Notes: generated by a model from the sequence alone, not told the origin. 64,000 nt of DNA from Candidatus Nealsonbacteria bacterium (GCA_026016225.1 CP061210.1:258000-321999), one strand, 5' to 3'; positions 1 through 10,138 are shown, counted from the first letter of the stretch. Program-made: numbers and translations.

Positions 1-1
1 A

Positions 2-82
2 GAGAGTAAAGAAAGAGGTCATGAAATGTTAGAGAAAATAACTTCTAAAATGAAGAGGCTCTTCAAAAATTTTATTCCATAA
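2..82 (+). CDS. 3' end of an upstream gene, possibly ftsA (C-terminal amphipathic helix)
   Basis: Open frame from the window edge, ends ...ITSKMKRLFKNFIP*. The amphipathic tail and position just upstream of ftsZ fit FtsA. Only 26 codons are visible. Confidence 0.3.
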   Translation, partial: ESKERGHEMLEKITSKMKRLFKNFIP

Positions 83-104
83 AATAATAAAATAACAATT
101 CAAA

Positions 105-1031
105 ATGATAAGTTCAACAAAAATTAAAGTAGTAGGAGTTGGAGGTTCAGGCGGGAACGCTATTTTAAGAATGAGAAAATTTGGGATTAAAGGTGTAGAG
201 TTAATTGCTATAAACACAGATTATCAAGATTTAAGGAAGGTTAAAGCTGATGTAAAGTTAAAGATTGGAGGAGAAATAACCCATGGGTTAGGAACCGGGA
301 TGAATCCTGAAATTGGGGAAGCAGCCGCTAAACAAAGCAGAGGAGAAATTAAAGAAGTTTTAAAAGGGGCAGATATGGTTTTTATTACAGGAGGTTTAGG
401 TGGAGGCACGGGCAGCGGTGCTGCTCCTGTTGTAGCTAAAATAGCTAAGAATTTAGGAGCTTTAACCGTTGCTATAGTCACTTTACCTTTTTCTTTTGAA
501 GGCGCTTATAGAAAAAAAATTGCCGAGAATAGCAGAGATTTGTTAAAAAGAAAAGTAGATGCCTTATTGGTAATTAAAAACGATAGACTACTTGAAATAC
601 TCGATCCTAAAATGCCCATCCTTAATGCTTTTTGGGTTTGTGATGATATTTTAAGAGAGGCGGTAAAAGGAATTTCAGACTTAATTTTACTTCCGGGAAT
701 AGTAAATGTTGGTTTTGCTGATGTAAAATCCATTCTTGAAAATTCAGGGACAGTTCTTTTTGGAATAGGTAAGAGCAGGACAGAAAAAAGAGCAGAAGAA
801 GCAGTGAGATTTGCCCTTAGTTCTCCCTTACTAGACCTTACCCCAAAAGGAGCAAAAGGAGTTTTATTTAATGTTTCCGGTGAAGATATTGCCCTTTCTG
901 AGATTGAAGAAATTGGTAAGATTATTACGGAAGAAATTAATCCAAAAGCTAGAGTAATTTTTGGTGCCGTCCAGGATGAAAAACTAAATAAAGGAGAGAT
1001 AAAAGTTACTGTTATTATCACCGGATTTTAG
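105..1031 (+). CDS. ftsZ: Cell division GTPase FtsZ (core only, no C-terminal tail)
   Basis: Tubulin signature GGLGGGTGSGAAPVVAKIAK, N-terminal VVGVGGSGGNAI, ends at ...VTVIITGF*. Confidence 0.95.
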   Translation: MISSTKIKVVGVGGSGGNAILRMRKFGIKGVELIAINTDYQDLRKVKADVKLKIGGEITHGLGTGMNPEIGEAAAKQSRGEIKEVLKGADMVFITGGLGGGTGSGAAPVVAKIAKNLGALTVAIVTLPFSFEGAYRKKIAENSRDLLKRKVDALLVIKNDRLLEILDPKMPILNAFWVCDDILREAVKGISDLILLPGIVNVGFADVKSILENSGTVLFGIGKSRTEKRAEEAVRFALSSPLLDLTPKGAKGVLFNVSGEDIALSEIEEIGKIITEEINPKARVIFGAVQDEKLNKGEIKVTVIITGF

Positions 1032-1082
1032 TTTCTGCTGCCTTGTGGATAATTTCAATTTTCAACCGAATTTAATTGGGAT

Positions 1083-1111
1083 TTGACCCAATTTTTTTGT
1101 CGGAGTAAAAT
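1083..1111 (+). promoter_or_regulatory. Sigma-70-type promoter of nrdD (TTGACC-N17-TAAAAT), ATG 8 nt after the -10
   Basis: Hexamers read directly. No Shine-Dalgarno between the -10 and the ATG at 1120. Confidence 0.5.
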
Positions 1112-1119
1112 AAAATATT

Positions 1120-4100
1120 ATGTCCAGAAACAAAATTACAAAAGTTCGAAAAAGGGATAAAACAATTGTAGAGTTTGACCAGAATAAAATTTCAGACGCT
1201 ATTTTTAAAGCCCTAACTGCTACCGGTCAGGGCGATGGTAAAAAATCAAAAAGATTATCCAATAAGGTAGTTCAAATTTTAAACCGAAGATTTAAAGGAG
1301 AAGAACTTCCTCATGTAGAACAGATACAAGACATCATTGAGGAAGTTTTAATTTTAGAGGGATTAGTTGATACTGCCAAAGCATTTATCTTGTATAGGGA
1401 ACAGAGGAGAAGAATAAGAGAAACAATGGTGGTAAGCGAGGAAGCAGTAGAAAGAATAGACCAATATTTAGGAAAATTGGACTGGGAGGTTCAGGAGAAT
1501 GCCAATATGTCATTTTCCCTGCAGGGACTAAATCACTATGGCGTTTCTTATATTATTAAGAGATATTGGTTAAATAAAATTTATCCCAAAGAGATTAGGG
1601 AAGCTAATGAATCCGGAGATTTTCATATTCACAATTTAGATACTTTGGGCTGCTATACTTTTTTTGGTAGGGAAGTGGTTATCGCGAAGCTAAATAACCA
1701 AATTAAATTAGTTTCATTTAAGGACCTTTATGATGAGCTTGGGCAAACAGAAGTCCTTTTAAATGAAAAAGATGAAGCCCTTGCAAAATATCCTGAAAAT
1801 CTTTATGTTTTAGATAAAGATGGATGGACAAAAGTTAAAAGATTAGTCAGGAAAAAGAAAGAAAGAGAGATGCTCTTTATTAAATCAGAACAGGGGAGAA
1901 GTATTATTGTTACTGATAATCACCCCTTTATTATTAGAAGAAATGGAAAAGAAACGGAGATTGAATCTAAGGATGTTAAAGAAAAAGAAGATTTTGTTTT
2001 TTCAGCTCATATCCCTTCTTTGGTTTCAAAAGAGAATCTTTTCTCAAAAAGATATCTATTTTTGGCTGAAGAACTTTTGAAAAACAATTATCAAAAATTC
2101 TTTTTAGAAGGTTTTGAATGGCAAGATTTTCTAAAAAACTGGAGAGGTTCCTCGAAAGTTGAAGGAACATTGAGCACCTCGAATAGTGCCAATAGTTTAG
2201 ATAATAAATTAGAACTTACAGAAGATTTAGGATATTTGGTTGGAATTTTCATTACTGAGGGACATTATGATGCTTGGAGATTGGTGATTTCTAACGATGA
2301 TGAGGAAATAATTAAAAGAATTCGAGGAATATGTGCCAGTTTGGGTGTAAGGAGTTACATGAGAGAAAATGAAGAAAGAACAAAACAGATCGCTATTTCT
2401 TCCAGCACTTTAAAACTTGTTTTCGAAAAAATCTTCAAGATAAAAGCCCTTAGTAGAAATAAAAATCTTCCTCTAGATGTTTTAAACTATAATATTGATT
2501 TTATTAAAGGATTAATTGCTGGAATTATTGATGGAGACGGAACAGTAGATCCTAAAGACAAATCTCATGCCTCTTCTCAAATTTTAATTAGGGTTGTTTC
2601 TCGGACAATGCTTGAGCAGTTAGCAATCTTGCTTCAATTCCTTGGAATTATTGGTAGGAGTGGGGCGAGTACTGAAGATATCGGGAAGAAAAACATCTTT
2701 AAAGGAAAGGAAATTATTCAAAATTACCCTCTTTATAGGTTAAGCTTTTCAAAAAAATCAGGAGTTGATTTTCCTTCTTTTAAATATCAAAAAGCAAAGA
2801 CGGCCAAGAAGCATTGGCGAGCAGAAAAATATGATTGGAATAAGGTCTTAAATAATAAATTCACCACAATTGCAGATGATACAATTTTCGATATTACTAC
2901 TGAATCTTCTACCTTTTTAGCTAATGGTCTTTTAGTTCACAATTGTATGGGGTGGGATCTTTATGACCTTTTACTGAGAGGTTTTGGCGGAGTTTCAGGT
3001 AAAGTAGAATCAAGACCGCCAAAACATTTAAGACCGGCTTTAGGTCAAGCAGTAAATTTTTTGTACACGCTTCAAGGTGAGGTAGCAGGTGCTGTTGCCT
3101 TTTCTAATTTTGATACTCTTTTGGCTCCATTTATTCGTTATGATAACTTAAACTACAAGCAGGTAAAGCAATCCCTTCAAGAATTCCTATATAATATGGC
3201 TGTTCCCACCAGGGTAGGATTTCAATGTCCTTTTTCCAATATTACTTTGGATTTAAAACCTTCCTCTGCTTTTGCCAAGCAACCTGTAATTATTGGAGGC
3301 AAACCTCAAAAAGAAACCTATGGAGAATTTGAAGAAGAGATGAGAGTTTTTAATAAAGCCTTTTATGAAGTAATGCTTGAAGGAGATAAAAGCGGAAGAC
3401 CTTTTCATTTTCCCATTCCTACCATAAATATTACTAAAGATTTTCCTTGGGATGACCCAGTCTTTGATTCGGTTTTTGAAGCTTCAGCAAAGTATGGAAC
3501 TAATTATTTTGCAAACTATATTAATTCTGAAATGAAGCCGGAAGATGTTAGAAGCATGTGTTGTCGGCTTAGATTGAACTTAAAAGAGCTTCACAATCGA
3601 GGTGGCGGAGGATTGTTTGGCGCTGGGGCATTAACTGGTTCAATCGGCGTAGTAACGATTAATCTTTCCAGAATAGGTTATTTATCAAAAACAAAAAGGG
3701 AATTCTTTAAAAGATTAGGAAAACTAATGGATTTCGCAAAAGAAAGCTTAGAAATGAAAAGAAAGATTTTGGAGAATTTTATAGAAAAGGGTCTATATCC
3801 TTATTCAAAGTATTATTTGGGAAGCGTCAAGAAAATGAGAGATAACTATTATGGGAGTCACTTTTCAACCATAGGTTTAATTGGAATGAATGAAGCTCTT
3901 CTAAATTTCATTGGCGAGAATATTGCTTCAAGAAGAGGAAAAAGATTTGCTTTGGAAATAATGGATTTTATGAGGGAAAGATTGGTGAAATATCAAAAAG
4001 AAACTGACAATATTTATAACCTAGAACAAACTCCAGCTGAATCAACAGCTTACCGTCTGGCCTTGAAAGATAGAGAAAAATATCCAGATATAATTACGGC

Positions 4101-4557
4101 TGGAACAAAAAAAGTGCCTTATTACACTAATTCAAGCCAACTGCCTGTTAATTACACTACAGATGCTTTTGAGGCTTTGAAACTTCAAGACAAATTACAA
4201 TGTAAATATACAGGAGGTAGTGTTCTCCACCTGTTTTTAGGAGAACGTATCTCTGATATTCAAACTGTTAAAAATTTAATTAAGAAAGTTTTTGAGAAAT
4301 TCCATTTACCATATATTACCTTAACACCTACTTTTTCTATCTGTCCGGTCCATGGTTATTTATCTGGAGAACACTTTGAGTGTCCAAAATGCACAATTAA
4401 GCAGCCCTGTGAGGTTTACTCAAGGATAGTTGGATATCTTAGGCCCGTTTCACAATGGAATGAGGGCAAAGCACAAGAATTTAAAGAAAGAAAGGAATTC
4501 AAGATTAAGGAATTGGAGCCTAAGATTAAAACAAATAATCTAAAACTAAAAATTTAG
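1120..4557 (+). CDS. nrdD: Anaerobic (class III) ribonucleoside-triphosphate reductase NrdD, interrupted by an intein
   Basis: N-terminal ATP-cone; C-terminal Zn ribbon CPVHG..CPKC; glycyl-radical motif SRIVGYLRP; 431-aa insertion between HNLDTLG and CMGWDL. Confidence 0.95.
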   Translation: MSRNKITKVRKRDKTIVEFDQNKISDAIFKALTATGQGDGKKSKRLSNKVVQILNRRFKGEELPHVEQIQDIIEEVLILEGLVDTAKAFILYREQRRRIRETMVVSEEAVERIDQYLGKLDWEVQENANMSFSLQGLNHYGVSYIIKRYWLNKIYPKEIREANESGDFHIHNLDTLGCYTFFGREVVIAKLNNQIKLVSFKDLYDELGQTEVLLNEKDEALAKYPENLYVLDKDGWTKVKRLVRKKKEREMLFIKSEQGRSIIVTDNHPFIIRRNGKETEIESKDVKEKEDFVFSAHIPSLVSKENLFSKRYLFLAEELLKNNYQKFFLEGFEWQDFLKNWRGSSKVEGTLSTSNSANSLDNKLELTEDLGYLVGIFITEGHYDAWRLVISNDDEEIIKRIRGICASLGVRSYMRENEERTKQIAISSSTLKLVFEKIFKIKALSRNKNLPLDVLNYNIDFIKGLIAGIIDGDGTVDPKDKSHASSQILIRVVSRTMLEQLAILLQFLGIIGRSGASTEDIGKKNIFKGKEIIQNYPLYRLSFSKKSGVDFPSFKYQKAKTAKKHWRAEKYDWNKVLNNKFTTIADDTIFDITTESSTFLANGLLVHNCMGWDLYDLLLRGFGGVSGKVESRPPKHLRPALGQAVNFLYTLQGEVAGAVAFSNFDTLLAPFIRYDNLNYKQVKQSLQEFLYNMAVPTRVGFQCPFSNITLDLKPSSAFAKQPVIIGGKPQKETYGEFEEEMRVFNKAFYEVMLEGDKSGRPFHFPIPTINITKDFPWDDPVFDSVFEASAKYGTNYFANYINSEMKPEDVRSMCCRLRLNLKELHNRGGGGLFGAGALTGSIGVVTINLSRIGYLSKTKREFFKRLGKLMDFAKESLEMKRKILENFIEKGLYPYSKYYLGSVKKMRDNYYGSHFSTIGLIGMNEALLNFIGENIASRRGKRFALEIMDFMRERLVKYQKETDNIYNLEQTPAESTAYRLALKDREKYPDIITAGTKKVPYYTNSSQLPVNYTTDAFEALKLQDKLQCKYTGGSVLHLFLGERISDIQTVKNLIKKVFEKFHLPYITLTPTFSICPVHGYLSGEHFECPKCTIKQPCEVYSRIVGYLRPVSQWNEGKAQEFKERKEFKIKELEPKIKTNNLKLKI
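1651..2943 (+). mobile_element. Intein with LAGLIDADG homing-endonuclease domain inside NrdD
   Basis: Starts with Cys (CYTFFGREV) and ends VHN followed by the +1 Cys. Block B TDNHPF. Two LAGLIDADG motifs (LGYLVGIFITEGH, LIAGIIDGDGTV). 1293 nt, in frame. Confidence 0.9.
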
Positions 4558-4589
4558 GTTTCGAATTTAGTATTTAGTATTTAGGATTT

Positions 4590-5300
4590 ATGCAAATTGG
4601 TGGTCTCCAAAAATTGACTCTTATTGACTTTCCTGGCTGCTTAGCGGCCACTGTTTTTCTTACAGGATGTGATTTTCGATGTCCATTTTGTTATTCAGCA
4701 GAGCTTGTTTTACCTCAAAAAATCAAAAGTCAACCCAAGATTTTACAAAAAGAACTTTTTAATTTTTTAAAAGATAGAAAAGGACTATTAGAGGGAGTTG
4801 TAATTTGTGGGGGAGAACCGACTATAAACAGAAATTTAGCTCAATTTATAAAAAAAATTAAAGACTTAGGATACTTAGTAAAACTTGATACTAATGGTTC
4901 AAATCCGGTAATGTTAAAAACTTTAATTGGTAAAAAACTGATAGATTACGTAGCAATGGATGTTAAAGCTCCAAAGGAAAAATATAAAGAAGTTGTTGGA
5001 TTGTTGGGGTGTTGGACCGATAAAATATTAAGAAATATTGAAAAAAGCATTAATATTTTAAAAGAGTCAAAGATTGATTTTGAGTTCAGGACCACCGTGA
5101 TTCCCAATCTATTAAAAAAAGAAGATATTCTTAAAATCGCTCATTGGATAAAACCGGCTCCAAAATATTTTTTGCAAAACTTCAAACCGGAAAAAACAAT
5201 TGACCCAAAATTTGAAAAAATAAAACCATATCCTCAGGAATATCTTTTAGAAATTCAAAAAGCAATTTCTCCGTTTTTTGACATTTGCCAGATAAGATAA
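4590..5300 (+). CDS. nrdG: Anaerobic RNR activating radical-SAM protein NrdG
   Basis: CDFRCPFCY radical-SAM cluster motif; GGEPT; directly downstream of nrdD. Confidence 0.9.
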   Translation: MQIGGLQKLTLIDFPGCLAATVFLTGCDFRCPFCYSAELVLPQKIKSQPKILQKELFNFLKDRKGLLEGVVICGGEPTINRNLAQFIKKIKDLGYLVKLDTNGSNPVMLKTLIGKKLIDYVAMDVKAPKEKYKEVVGLLGCWTDKILRNIEKSINILKESKIDFEFRTTVIPNLLKKEDILKIAHWIKPAPKYFLQNFKPEKTIDPKFEKIKPYPQEYLLEIQKAISPFFDICQIR

Positions 5301-5309
5301 TTTCTTAAA

Positions 5310-6779
5310 ATGACAAAGTCTAAAATTCTTCTTTTTTTCTGTCTTTCCTTTATTGGAGGGATTTTTTTGAATTCGTTTATTTTTATTTCCCAGATTTACT
5401 TTCTGGGACTTTTGATTTTGGGACTTTTTTTGATTCCTTTTTTATTATTTTTTAAAAAAAAAGGACTGATGCTAATTGTTCTTTGCTTATTGTTTTTTAT
5501 TTTAGGAGCTTGGCGTCATCAAGCATTTAGCTTAAAAGCCAAGAATAATGAATTTAAAAATTATATTGAAAAAAAAGAAATTCTTACTTTAACAGGTATT
5601 ATTGATAGCCAGCCATCTTTGGGAGAAAAGACTACAAAACTAAGATTTCAGCCCCAAAACGTTACGGGTAAAGTTTTAATAACAAAATGGAGATACCCAA
5701 AATATAAATATGGAGACAAAGTAAAAATCACAGGAATATTAGAAGAGCCGCAGGTTTTTGAGACTTTTAATTACAAAGAATATTTAGCAAAAGATGGAAT
5801 CTATGCTGTGATGTATTTTCCAAAGATAGAATTGATTGGGGAAGATTTTGGTAATCCAGTAATGAAAACAATCTTTTCTTTGAAAGATAAACTAAAAGAA
5901 AGTGTGAATAAAACAATACCTTCACCTCAAGCTGGACTTTTGGAAGCCTTACTTTTTGGTGATGAAGAAAATATCCCAGAGCATTGGAAAGAAAAATTTA
6001 ATCTTACCGGCACCAGACATATTGCAGCTGTTTCAGGTATGAATATTACTATTATCTCTTCTTTGATTTTAGGATTTTTATTGTTCTTAGGACTTTGGCG
6101 GAATCAGGCATTTTATCTTTCAATAGTTTTAATTTTACTTTATGTTTTATCCATTGGAGCCCCAGCTTCAGCAATTAGAGCAGCTATTATGGGTATTCTT
6201 TTTCTAACAGCCCAGCATTTTGGCAGAGTTTCCAGCGGTCAAAGAATAATTGTTTTTTCAGCAGCTGTAATGTTGTTTTTCAATCCTTTGCTTTTAAAAT
6301 CAGATATTGGGTTCCAGTTATCATTTTTAGCAATATTGGGATTAATTTATTTGCAATCCGTATTTTTAGGTTTTTTTAAAAAAATTCCCAACTTTTTTCA
6401 GTTGAGATATTCTTTAGCTTCTACTTTTTCTGCCCAATTCTTTACCCTTCCTGTTTTAATTTATAATTTTGGTCAGATTCCATTAATAGGTCCCTTATCC
6501 AATATTTTTATTATTCCTCTTTTACCTTTAATTACTATTTTAGGATTTATCATTGCTTTTTTAGGAGGATTCTTTACTCTCCTAGCCAAAGCTATTTCTT
6601 TTTTAGTTTGGCCTCTTTTAACTTATATATTAAAGGTAGTTGAATTTTCTTCAAAGATTCCTTATGCTAGCTTAACTTTTAAAAATGTTTCTTTTATCTG
6701 GCTTTTGGTTTCCTATTTAATTTTAGGTTTTATAACTTGGCGATTACAAGAAAGAAGAAAATTGAAGTTTTTGCAATAG
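5310..6779 (+). CDS. comEC: ComEC/Rec2-family DNA internalisation channel (no beta-lactamase domain)
   Basis: Polytopic membrane protein with the competence-domain motif GTRHIAAVSGMNITI. Confidence 0.8.
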   Translation: MTKSKILLFFCLSFIGGIFLNSFIFISQIYFLGLLILGLFLIPFLLFFKKKGLMLIVLCLLFFILGAWRHQAFSLKAKNNEFKNYIEKKEILTLTGIIDSQPSLGEKTTKLRFQPQNVTGKVLITKWRYPKYKYGDKVKITGILEEPQVFETFNYKEYLAKDGIYAVMYFPKIELIGEDFGNPVMKTIFSLKDKLKESVNKTIPSPQAGLLEALLFGDEENIPEHWKEKFNLTGTRHIAAVSGMNITIISSLILGFLLFLGLWRNQAFYLSIVLILLYVLSIGAPASAIRAAIMGILFLTAQHFGRVSSGQRIIVFSAAVMLFFNPLLLKSDIGFQLSFLAILGLIYLQSVFLGFFKKIPNFFQLRYSLASTFSAQFFTLPVLIYNFGQIPLIGPLSNIFIIPLLPLITILGFIIAFLGGFFTLLAKAISFLVWPLLTYILKVVEFSSKIPYASLTFKNVSFIWLLVSYLILGFITWRLQERRKLKFLQ

Positions 6780-7251
6780 GTGTTTGACTTATTACCATTA
6801 TCCTTTAGCAACTGAATTGAAGCAAAAAAAAACAGAATTTGGACAAAAATAAAGAGCCTGAATTAAAAAAGGCTCCTAAACTTGTCATCAAGACTATTAT
6901 TAAGTTTTTAACGAGCTAAAGTATTAATTTAAAAAAATAAAAAAAAGATGTTATTAATTCTTTTTTATTGAGATATTATTCTCAATCCTTTCTTTTCCGT
7001 TTCTTCTTCCTTTCTTCTTCTTTTTCAGGTTGCCCCTTTCTAATTTCAAAAAAGTCTTTAATATATTTTTCTTTACGCCAATTTGACAACTTTTATCTTT
7101 CACCTTTTTAATTTAATAATATTCTTTGTATTATAAGACGGAGAATCTGTCAATACCATTACACATTCAAAGTGAATTTGAAAACCGTAAATTAATTTTT
7201 GAAAACTGACTAAATAAAAATTAAGTGATAAATTTATGGAATTTTGGTAAA

Positions 7252-8553
7252 ATGGTTTATATGAAGGAATCTATCGGTCAGAAAACATGGGTTATATCTG
7301 TTAATATGGGCTATGGTCATCAGAGAACAGCTTATCCCTTAAAGAAATTAGCTTTTAAAGGAAAAATTATCCATGCTAATAGTTATCAGGGAATTCCAAA
7401 AAGAGACAGGGTGCTTTGGGAACAATCAAGGAAATTCTATGAATTTATTTCAAATTTTAAAAGGGTTCCCTTAATTGGTGAGTTTTCTTTTTCTGTTTAT
7501 GACAGATTTCAAAAGATTCTTAGTTTTTATCCAAAAAGAGATTTATCTAAACCAAATTTTTCTTTAAAGAGATTTTATTCTCTATTTAAAAAGGGTTGGG
7601 GCAAAGACTTAATTGAGAAATTAAAGAAAGAATCTATACCTTTGATTTCTACCTTTTTTATCCCTGCTTTTATGGCAGAGTTTTTTAATTATCCAGGAGA
7701 AATTTTTTGCGTTGTCTGCGATGCAGATATTGCCAGACCCTGGGCGCCTCTGGAACCCTTTTCGAGCAAAATTAAATATTTTGCTCCTACAGAAAGAGTA
7801 GTAGAAAGATTAAAACTGTATGGTGTAAAAAAAGAAAACATTTTTCTGACAGGTTATCCTTTACCTTTAGAAAATATCGGTTCTGAAAATTTAGAGATAT
7901 TAAAACACGACTTAGCTGAACGCCTTTTGATTCTTGACCCTCAAAGAAAGTATTTCCAAAGATACCAGCCATTGATTAAGAGATATTTGGGTAAGCTACC
8001 AAAAAAGCCAGGTCGTCTCTTAACAATCATGTTTGCTATAGGAGGTGCAGGAGCTCAAAAAGAAATTGGATTTAAAATCCTAAAGAGCTTGCGAGAAAAA
8101 ATAAGAACTAAAAAAGTTAAAATAATTTTAGTAGCCGGAATTAGGAAATGGATAAAAAATTATTTTCTAAAACATATAAAAGATTTAGATTTAGAAGGTG
8201 TTTTTGGTGATAATATTGAGATAATTTTTAACAAAAACATAGAAGGCTATTTTAAAGACTTTAACTTAGCACTGAGAAAAACAGATATTTTATGGACAAA
8301 GCCAAGTGAATTGTCTTTTTATACTGCTTTAGGTTTACCGATTATTATCGCCCCTTCAATTGGTTCTCAAGAAGATTTTAATCGTGAATGGCTTTTAAGA
8401 TTAGGTTCTGCCATTTTAGAGCGAAATCCAAACTATACTGACGAATGGCTTTTTGATTTGTTAAAAAGTGGGTGGTTTGCAGAAGCTGCAATGCAAGGAT
8501 TTATTGAAGGAGAGAAAAGAGGAGTTTTTAATATTAAGAAAATAATTTCTTGA
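7252..8553 (+). CDS. GT-B glycosyltransferase, MGDG-synthase/UgtP-like (GT28-like)
   Basis: N-terminal NMGYGHQRTA and C-terminal TKPSELSFYTALGLPIIIAPSIGSQEDFN resemble diacylglycerol glycosyltransferases. ATG at 7252 preferred over the GTG at 7225. Confidence 0.55.
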   Translation: MVYMKESIGQKTWVISVNMGYGHQRTAYPLKKLAFKGKIIHANSYQGIPKRDRVLWEQSRKFYEFISNFKRVPLIGEFSFSVYDRFQKILSFYPKRDLSKPNFSLKRFYSLFKKGWGKDLIEKLKKESIPLISTFFIPAFMAEFFNYPGEIFCVVCDADIARPWAPLEPFSSKIKYFAPTERVVERLKLYGVKKENIFLTGYPLPLENIGSENLEILKHDLAERLLILDPQRKYFQRYQPLIKRYLGKLPKKPGRLLTIMFAIGGAGAQKEIGFKILKSLREKIRTKKVKIILVAGIRKWIKNYFLKHIKDLDLEGVFGDNIEIIFNKNIEGYFKDFNLALRKTDILWTKPSELSFYTALGLPIIIAPSIGSQEDFNREWLLRLGSAILERNPNYTDEWLFDLLKSGWFAEAAMQGFIEGEKRGVFNIKKIIS

Positions 8554-8570
8554 CATTAAACTGTTCAAAA

Positions 8571-9563
8571 ATGAAGCGCAAGACGATTTTATTTTACATA
8601 TTAATTGTTTTTTTAATCATTATTATTGGTTACTTTTTTATTGGCACAGCACCAAAAGCAAAAAATATTACCTTTGGAGTAAATTTTTCACAAAAACATG
8701 CTCAAGATTTGGGATTAGAATGGAAGGAAAATTACTTAGCTTTATTAGATAATTTAAAAGTCAGAGACATAAAACTGATTAGCCATTGGGATTTGATTGA
8801 AAGAGAAAAAGACAAATTTTATTTTGATGATTTGGATTGGCAGATTAAAGAAGCAGAAAAAAGGGATGCCAATATTATCTTGGTTATTGGTATGAAAACA
8901 GGCCGTTGGCCGGAATGCCATATTCCAGAATGGGCAAAAAAATTAAACAAAAAAGAACAGCAAGAAAGAATATTAAAATTAATTAAAGAAATTATTTTAA
9001 GATATCAAGACTCTACGGCTATTTGGGCTTGGCAGGTAGAAAACGAGCCTCTTTTTCCTTTTGGTGAATGTCCCTGGACAGATAGAGAATTTTTAGAAAG
9101 AGAAATAAGATTAGTAAAATCTATCAATTTTCAAAAAAAACTGCTAATTTTAACCGATAGTGGAGAAGGCTCTTTTTGGATTACATCTGCCAGGCTTGGA
9201 GATATAATGGGAATAACAATGTATAAGAAAGTCTGGGTTAGTCAATTAAAAATTTATGTCTATTACCCATTACCGCCTGTTTTTTATTGGAGGAAAGCTG
9301 TTTTAATTAAAAAAATATTCAATAAAAAGGTTATAGTAACAGAACTTCAGGCTGAACCCTGGGGACCAAAATTGCTTTATGATACCTCGCCAGAGGAGCA
9401 AGAAAAAACAATGAATTTAGATAGATTTAAATACAATATTAATTTTGCTAAAGAAACTGGTTTTGATAAGTTTTATCTCTGGGGCGCTGAATGGTGGTAT
9501 TGGTTAAAAGAAAAACAAGATAAACCTGAGATTTGGTTAGAGGCTAAAGGATTGTTCAAGTAA
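8571..9563 (+). CDS. Membrane-anchored clan GH-A (GH5-like) glycoside hydrolase
   Basis: N-terminal TM helix; WQVENEP (acid/base Glu) and VIVTELQAEPW (nucleophile Glu) motifs. Confidence 0.55.
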   Translation: MKRKTILFYILIVFLIIIIGYFFIGTAPKAKNITFGVNFSQKHAQDLGLEWKENYLALLDNLKVRDIKLISHWDLIEREKDKFYFDDLDWQIKEAEKRDANIILVIGMKTGRWPECHIPEWAKKLNKKEQQERILKLIKEIILRYQDSTAIWAWQVENEPLFPFGECPWTDREFLEREIRLVKSINFQKKLLILTDSGEGSFWITSARLGDIMGITMYKKVWVSQLKIYVYYPLPPVFYWRKAVLIKKIFNKKVIVTELQAEPWGPKLLYDTSPEEQEKTMNLDRFKYNINFAKETGFDKFYLWGAEWWYWLKEKQDKPEIWLEAKGLFK

Positions 9564-9565
9564 TT

Positions 9566-10138
9566 ATGCAAAAATTAGTTGAGAATATTATTAAAAAAAG
9601 GACAGAAAAAATAGTTGATTATTTTGAGAATTTCATTAATCAAGGAGAAAAAGTTTTAGATATTGGAGCAGGTGGCGGTTGGATTGCAAAAGAAATCAAA
9701 AAAAGAAAAAACGTTAATATTACTCTTTTAGATATAACTGATTTTAATCGGACCTCCTTAAAACTTGTTCTTTATGATGGGAAAAAAATACCCTTTCCAG
9801 ATAACAATTTCGATATTTCGCTTTTAATTTTTACCCTTCATCATTGTTCTGAGCCATTAAAGATTTTAGAAGAAGCAAAAAGAGTTACCAGACAGAAGCT
9901 ATTTGTTATTGAGGATATTCCTACCTCTTGGCTTAATAAGGTTTTTCTCTATATCTGGGATATTATTACTAATTTACCGAGTTTAGTGAAACCGCCCGGG
10001 GAAAATATTTTTTTTAATTTTAAGACAATTCCTGAGTGGCAGAAGATATTCAAAGATTTTCAATTAAAACTAATTTCTCAGAAGATGTTTCAATCAAATA
10101 AATTAATTCACCACGGATTATTTGTAGTTCGGAAATAA
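9566..10138 (+). CDS. Class I SAM-dependent methyltransferase
   Basis: VLDIGAGGGW motif I. Confidence 0.75.
   Translation: MQKLVENIIKKRTEKIVDYFENFINQGEKVLDIGAGGGWIAKEIKKRKNVNITLLDITDFNRTSLKLVLYDGKKIPFPDNNFDISLLIFTLHHCSEPLKILEEAKRVTRQKLFVIEDIPTSWLNKVFLYIWDIITNLPSLVKPPGENIFFNFKTIPEWQKIFKDFQLKLISQKMFQSNKLIHHGLFVVRK

Noticed and set aside
506-1021. 171-aa antisense ORF opposite ftsZ. Similar long antisense ORFs occur at 13863-14237, 27462-28055, 28722-29327 and 41048-41392.
   Set aside because: They lie entirely within well-supported genes on the other strand, have low-complexity S/L/F-rich composition and no recognisable motifs. They are shadow ORFs.
6950-7103. Minus-strand GTG-initiated ~51-codon K/R-rich ORF in the 445-bp comEC-downstream spacer
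   Set aside because: It has no ATG and no convincing promoter spacing (TTGACA-N12-TATAAT). The composition is driven by a polypyrimidine tract. There is not enough support to call a gene.
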